A stretch of DNA of 64,000 nt from an uncultured Alphaproteobacteria bacterium (GTDB lineage Bacteria; Pseudomonadota; Alphaproteobacteria; JAAXGF01), in contig CAZYDR010000001.1 in the NCBI GenBank assembly GCA_964645285.1, forward strand, positions 4,182 through 68,181, read 5' to 3'. The notes under the pieces were generated by a model that saw only the letters and a list, made by a program, of their open reading frames with translations, did no database searches and was not told where the DNA came from. This document shows, piece after piece, positions 59,978-64,000 of this stretch. A program made the position numbers and the translations under genes. Numbering within the stretch: position 1 is the first letter of the stretch; each line of letters starts with the position of its first letter.

Positions 59978-60250
59978 ATGCAAAGTCGCAACCGCCTGCT
60001 CGACGATCTTGCCAAAGTGGCGGGGAGCGCCGCCGGTGTCGCCGCCGGCCTCAAGGACGAGGTCGAAGGGCGACTGCGCCAGCAGTTCGAGCGGGTGCTC
60101 GACGGCCTCGACCTGGTCGACCGCGACGAGTTCGAAGTGGTCAAGGCCATGGCCGCCGAGGCCCGCGCCGAGAACGACCGCCTGGCCGCCCGAATCGCCA
60201 AGCTGGAAGCCGCAGCCAAACCCCGTAAGGCAGCGAAAAAATCCACCTGA
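59978..60250 (+). CDS. ubiK: UbiK/YqiC-family accessory factor (BMFP)
   Basis: A 90-aa coiled-coil protein, MQSRNRLLDDLAKVAGSAAGVAAGLKDEVEGRLRQQFERVL..., matching the UbiK family. Only the C-terminal part of the long ORF 59252..60250 is real; the remainder is antisense to hldD. Confidence 0.6.
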   Translation: MQSRNRLLDDLAKVAGSAAGVAAGLKDEVEGRLRQQFERVLDGLDLVDRDEFEVVKAMAAEARAENDRLAARIAKLEAAAKPRKAAKKST

Positions 60251-60442
60251 GAGTCCGCCGCCCACCAGCGCCCGAGGAATAATCCGGTTCCCGCAACGGA
60301 ACAGTTGCGCTTAGCCCCGCTCTCTGGCAACCTACTGCTTATTGCGTATGAGGGGGCGGCACGCCACAAGATATTGCAATCTAGCGTGCTAATCGATTTT
60401 CTAGAGCCGTTCTATTCAAGCGGCTTCACGGGGGACTAAAGC

Positions 60443-60946
60443 ATGGCTTACGCGACCCTCGACGACAGCGGCCTGACATTCAATCCACTTGATGCGGTCG
60501 AACAGATCGCCACGGCCAACGGCTGGGCCTGCGAACGCCAGGGTGACGACGAAATTGTCACCGAGATATCGGCGCCATCCTGCATCTACCGCATGTGGTT
60601 TGCCTGGCGCACCGATTGCGAGGCGCTTCACTTCACCTGCGCCTTCGACATGAAGGTGGCCGAGCCGCGCCGGGCTTCGATCTACCCGCTCATTGCCATG
60701 ATCAACGAGCGTTTGTGGCTGGGTCACTTCGACATGTTCTCGGACGAGGGCATGGTGGTGTTTCGTTATGCCATGCTGCTTCGTGGCGGCGGTGGGGCGA
60801 CGCCGGAGCAGATGGTCGATCTGATGCAGGCCGCCCTGGCCGAATGCGAGCGCTATTACCCGGTGTTCCAGTTCGTTCTGTGGGGCGGCAAAAGCCCGAG
60901 TGAGGCCATGGAGGCGGCGATCCTGGAAACCGCCGGCGAAGCATGA
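60443..60946 (+). CDS. YbjN-domain protein (putative sensory-transduction regulator fold)
   Basis: 167 aa with YbjN-like blocks YRMWFAWRTDCEALHFTCAF and HFDMFSDEGMVVFRYAMLL. Confidence 0.65.
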   Translation: MAYATLDDSGLTFNPLDAVEQIATANGWACERQGDDEIVTEISAPSCIYRMWFAWRTDCEALHFTCAFDMKVAEPRRASIYPLIAMINERLWLGHFDMFSDEGMVVFRYAMLLRGGGGATPEQMVDLMQAALAECERYYPVFQFVLWGGKSPSEAMEAAILETAGEA

Positions 60947-61767
60947 GGGCGATAACGGGGCCAGTCTTGCTGGTCGGCTGTGGCAAGATGGGCGGCGCCC
61001 TGCTCGGCGGCTGGATCGCCTCGGCGCTCAAACCGGCCGACGTGGTGGTGGTCGAACCAGTCGAGGCCCTGGCCCGGGCGACCCGGGACGATCACGGTGT
61101 CACGGTGGTGTCCCTTCTCGACCAGGTCGATCCGGAGTTCGCGCCACGAATCGTCGTGCTGGCTGTCAAGCCACAGGTCATGGATGACGTGGTTCCGCCC
61201 TGCGGTCGCTTTGCCGGACCGGACACCGTATTCCTGTCCATCGCCGCGGGCAAGTCCATCAGCTATCTCGAAAACTGCCTGGGAGACGGCGCGGCGATTA
61301 TCCGCTCCATGCCCAACACCCCGGCTGCTGTCGGCCGGGGCATTGCGGTGCTCTGCGCCAACCGGATCGCCGACCAGGCCCAGGCCGAATCCTGCCGCAC
61401 CCTGCTGGCCGCGGTCGGCGAGACGGTGGTAGTCGATGATGAATCCCTGCTCGACGCGGTGACTGCCGTATCGGGCAGCGGTCCGGCCTATGTTTTCCTG
61501 CTTATCGAGTGTCTGGCCGAAGGCGGTATCGAGGCCGGTCTGCCGGCCGACTTGTCGCAGCGCCTTGCCCTGGCCACGGTGGCCGGCGCCGGCGCCCTGG
61601 CCGCCCAGTCGGACGAGCCACCCGGGACGCTCCGCCAAAACGTCACCAGCCCCGGCGGCACGACCCATGCGGCGCTTGGCGTGTTGATGGCCGACGATGG
61701 CCTGCAACAGCTCATGACCCGCGCCGTGGCCGCCGCCACCCAACGGTCCCTGGATCTGGCTGACTAG
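60943..61767 (+). CDS. proC: pyrroline-5-carboxylate reductase
   Basis: The NADP Rossmann motif is LLVGCGKMGGALLGGW; the C-terminal dimerisation domain carries SPGGTTHAAL. Confidence 0.85.
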   Translation: MRAITGPVLLVGCGKMGGALLGGWIASALKPADVVVVEPVEALARATRDDHGVTVVSLLDQVDPEFAPRIVVLAVKPQVMDDVVPPCGRFAGPDTVFLSIAAGKSISYLENCLGDGAAIIRSMPNTPAAVGRGIAVLCANRIADQAQAESCRTLLAAVGETVVVDDESLLDAVTAVSGSGPAYVFLLIECLAEGGIEAGLPADLSQRLALATVAGAGALAAQSDEPPGTLRQNVTSPGGTTHAALGVLMADDGLQQLMTRAVAAATQRSLDLAD

Positions 61768-61871
61768 GCGCCCCGGTTGGCATTTACGCCCGCGAGGACT
61801 ACATTTGGGCCCGTGAGGGGCGCGACAGTCGTGCCGAATTAGCGGGACCGCCGGCCCCACAGGAGAGCGCC

Positions 61872-62510
61872 ATGGCCAAGAAAACAACCAGCCGCAAAAA
61901 AAACCAGGATCTGCCAGGACACATCATAGCCCGCGCCCTTGAATTGGCGGCCCTGCAGGGCTGGCGCCATACGACCCTTGGCGACGTCGCCGCCGCTGCC
62001 GATCTGACCTTGGGCGAGGTGTTGGCAATCTACCCGTCCAAGGCGTCGATCGTTTCCGCCTTCACCCGCGCCACCGACGCCGAGGTGCTGGCCGGCGGCG
62101 ATGGCGACCTGACCGAGCAGCCGCCGCGTGACCGCCTGTTCGACGTGATGATGCGGCGGTTTGACGCCCTCGGCCCTCACAAGGACGCCGTACGGTCCAT
62201 GGCCGGCGCATCCCTCGGCGACCCGGTGTCGGCACTGTGCGGTGCGTTCCTGTTGCGCCGCTCCATGGCCCTGATGCTCGAAGCCGCTCATATCAGTGCC
62301 TCGGGGATGGCAGGAATCGTTCGCACCAAGGGTCTGGCGGCAATCTATCTCGCGGTCATGCCGGTGTGGCTCAACGACGACAGCGAAGACATGGCGGCAA
62401 CTATGGCCACTCTCGACAAGCGCCTCGGCCAGGCCGAAAGCCTGTTGGTCCTGTGCCGCTTTCGAGGCCGGCGCAATGAGGAACCGGATAGCGAAGGCGA
62501 AGCCGCCTAA
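61872..62510 (+). CDS. COQ9-family protein (rpsU-divergently-transcribed type)
   Basis: The tail TKGLAAIYLAVMPVWLNDDSEDMAATMATLDKRL matches the COQ9 C-terminal signature (TKRATLSAVY...LFWLGDDS...TW.FLDRRI). Confidence 0.55.
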   Translation: MAKKTTSRKKNQDLPGHIIARALELAALQGWRHTTLGDVAAAADLTLGEVLAIYPSKASIVSAFTRATDAEVLAGGDGDLTEQPPRDRLFDVMMRRFDALGPHKDAVRSMAGASLGDPVSALCGAFLLRRSMALMLEAAHISASGMAGIVRTKGLAAIYLAVMPVWLNDDSEDMAATMATLDKRLGQAESLLVLCRFRGRRNEEPDSEGEAA

Positions 62511-62551
62511 ACAAGCCTCTAAAATATTTTGTTGCACTGCAGCAAAAACCT

Positions 62552-62580
62552 CTTGACAGGGCCTATGAGCGAGCATATAT
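62552..62580 (+). promoter_or_regulatory. sigma70-type promoter of the phasin gene: TTGACA-17nt-TATATA
   Basis: -35 TTGACA at 62552-62557, a 17-nt spacer, and -10 TATATA at 62575-62580, about 65 nt upstream of the phasin ATG. It is bracketed by two copies of TGCACTGCAGCA. Confidence 0.5.
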
Positions 62581-62647
62581 AGCTGCTCAAGAAGCTATGG
62601 TGCACTGCAGCATAACAGATCGTGCTACCCATTCAGGAGATACCCCG

Positions 62648-63061
62648 ATGCCCAATTCCACTGCCACCCCGAACTTCGATCCGGCCGTCGCGTTCGCCAT
62701 GCCCAAGATTGATGTCAACGCCCTCATGGCGGCCCAGCGCCGCAACGTCGAGGCCCTGACCACGGCCAACCAGATTGCCGCCGACGGCGTCAAGACGTTC
62801 GCCGCTCTGCAGTCCGACATTCTCCGTCGCACCATGGACGGCTACGCCGCTGCGGTCACCGGAATGATGGCAGTCAGCGATCCCAAGACCGGCGCTGTCA
62901 AGCAGGCGGCCTTCGCCAAAGACAGCTTTGAGAAGTCAGTTTGCGACGTCCGCGAACTCGCGGCCATCGCCACGGCCACTCAGACCGAGACCCTCGACGT
63001 CATCAACAAGCGTGTTGTCGAAGGTATTGACGAGTTCCAGGCGATCGCCACCAAAGCTTAA
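62648..63061 (+). CDS. phasin-family PHA granule-associated protein
   Basis: NALMAAQRRNVEALTTANQIAADGVKTFAALQSDILRRTMDG has typical phasin_2 helices. The start is set at MPNSTA, with an AGGAGA RBS. Confidence 0.75.
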   Translation: MPNSTATPNFDPAVAFAMPKIDVNALMAAQRRNVEALTTANQIAADGVKTFAALQSDILRRTMDGYAAAVTGMMAVSDPKTGAVKQAAFAKDSFEKSVCDVRELAAIATATQTETLDVINKRVVEGIDEFQAIATKA

Positions 63062-63089
63062 GCTTCGAAACTTTATCGTCCCGTGATTT

Positions 63090-63120
63090 GGGACCGTCCC
63101 GTTAGGGGCGGTCCCTTTTT
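63090..63120 (+). terminator. Rho-independent terminator downstream of phasin
   Basis: GGGACCGTCCCGTTAGGGGCGGTCCC forms a GC-rich hairpin, immediately followed by TTTTT. Confidence 0.65.
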
Positions 63121-63175
63121 GTTGCGCCATACCGGGTGGTATAGTCGCCAGTAAATTTAGAACTGGGTACAGCTC

Positions 63176-63535
63176 ATGTCAGATACAGCCAAGGTCGCCG
63201 AGACCATTGATTTCGAAGATTTTCTCAAAGTCGATGTTCGTGTCAGCACGGTGGTCGCCTGCGACCCATTTCCCGAGGCGCGCAAGCCGGCCTATAAGCT
63301 GGAGATCGATTTCGGCGCCACCATCGGCATCAAAAAATCATCGGTCCAGGTAACCGACCTATACCTGCCCACCGATCTGGTCGGCCGTCAGGTCGCCGTC
63401 GTGGTCAACTTTCTGCCGCGCCAGATCGGCCCTTTTATGTCCGAGGTGCTGACCCTGGATTTCGCCAACGACGATGGCGCCGTCGCCTTGGTTTCCGTAG
63501 CGCCATCGGTTACCAATGGCGAGCGCCTGTTTTGA
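63176..63535 (+). CDS. csaA: tRNA-binding (Myf/EMAP-domain) protein CsaA-like
   Basis: IDFEDFLKVDVRVSTVV...KLEIDFG...VNFLPRQIG is an OB-fold tRNA-binding domain. Confidence 0.75.
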   Translation: MSDTAKVAETIDFEDFLKVDVRVSTVVACDPFPEARKPAYKLEIDFGATIGIKKSSVQVTDLYLPTDLVGRQVAVVVNFLPRQIGPFMSEVLTLDFANDDGAVALVSVAPSVTNGERLF

Positions 63536-64000
63536 CCGAGACCCGCGTCTGCCGGGTCTGCGGCGCAGTGCAGGGTGTGCCCTTCGCTCACAAGGGCGGC
63601 TACGATTTCGCCCGCTGTACCCAGTGCGGTTTTGTCTACCTAGACCCCATGCCCACGTCCGAAGCCATGGCCGCCCTTTATGACGGCGGCACCGGTGGCG
63701 ACATTTCAGCCGACGCCTATCCCAAAGCCGACTCGCGCCTGCGCCGGGCACGCATCCGGGCGCTACGTTTCGTTCACCACTTTCGCGGCCGCGACGCCCT
63801 TGATATCGGCTGTGGCGGCGGCTTCATGACCGAGGCCATGGGCGGCTTCGGCGCCCGCGCCGTAGGCGTCGATATCGACCCCCAGGCCATCGCCTACGCC
63901 AGCCGGCGGTTTCCCCGGCGGCGTTTCTTCGGCCAAAACTTCGACGACTTCGCCGCCAACGGCCTGACCTTCGGTTTCGTCCATGCCTCCGAGGTCATGG
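63532..64000 (+). CDS. class I SAM-dependent methyltransferase with N-terminal Zn-ribbon, 3' end beyond window
   Basis: CRVCG...CTQCGFVYLDP is a zinc ribbon, followed by the SAM motif I ALDIGCGGGFMTEA. TTG start overlaps the csaA stop. Confidence 0.6.
   Translation, partial: MTETRVCRVCGAVQGVPFAHKGGYDFARCTQCGFVYLDPMPTSEAMAALYDGGTGGDISADAYPKADSRLRRARIRALRFVHHFRGRDALDIGCGGGFMTEAMGGFGARAVGVDIDPQAIAYASRRFPRRRFFGQNFDDFAANGLTFGFVHASEVM

Overview
This is a 64-kb high-GC (about 65-68%) chromosomal segment that looks alphaproteobacterial. It is gene-dense on both strands, and 4-bp ATGA start/stop overlaps between adjacent genes are common. I found no CRISPR arrays, rRNA genes or convincing tRNA genes.

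Housekeeping backbone: glcDEF glycolate oxidase; gamma-glutamyltransferase; the MoxR-DUF58-DUF4159 'Bat-like' membrane cluster; DUF1285-CoA pyrophosphatase-CCA-adding enzyme; hemF; trmL; the petABC cytochrome bc1 operon; an amidase; the mtnP-apt-mtnA methionine/adenine salvage genes; two tandem polysaccharide deacetylases; ychF-pth-rplY-prs; a PgeF-MidA-lgt-hldD run; ubiK; ybjN; proC; a COQ9-family gene; phasin; csaA.

An accessory, recombination-scarred region runs from about 9.5 to 27.7 kb. It contains:
- a Rieske oxygenase whose first [2Fe-2S] His ligand is replaced by Tyr;
- a 25-nt duplicate of the DUF1244 gene 3' end, giving direct repeats around a 4.5-kb, 3-gene segment;
- two copies of a ~44-bp IS30-like terminus (one beside an internally deleted IS30 transposase) bracketing a ~6-kb module;
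- within that module, a 4-gene hotdog-hydratase / thiolase-like aldolase / DUF35 cluster, an amidohydrolase and a sulfatase;
- a truncated GMC (choline-dehydrogenase-like) gene fragment;
- small DUF1272 and DUF1491 genes followed by a ~390-bp structured noncoding region;
- a compact 5-gene putative catabolic module (Hyi, beta-hydroxyacid dehydrogenase, MBL-fold hydrolase, BKACE beta-keto-acid cleavage enzyme, trimethylamine-dehydrogenase-family flavoprotein). Together with the sulfatase and the GMC fragment this points to quaternary-amine / beta-keto-acid catabolism.

Other observations: an in-frame TAA inside a TPR protein gene; a +1 frameshift at a T6 run in the second polysaccharide deacetylase; a near-consensus sigma70 promoter for phasin bracketed by duplicated TGCACTGCAGCA operator-like motifs; an acidic Gly/Glu-rich tail on L25 encoded by short tandem repeats; intrinsic-terminator hairpins.

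Many long ORFs in the six-frame track are antisense artefacts of the GC-rich coding regions and were not called.
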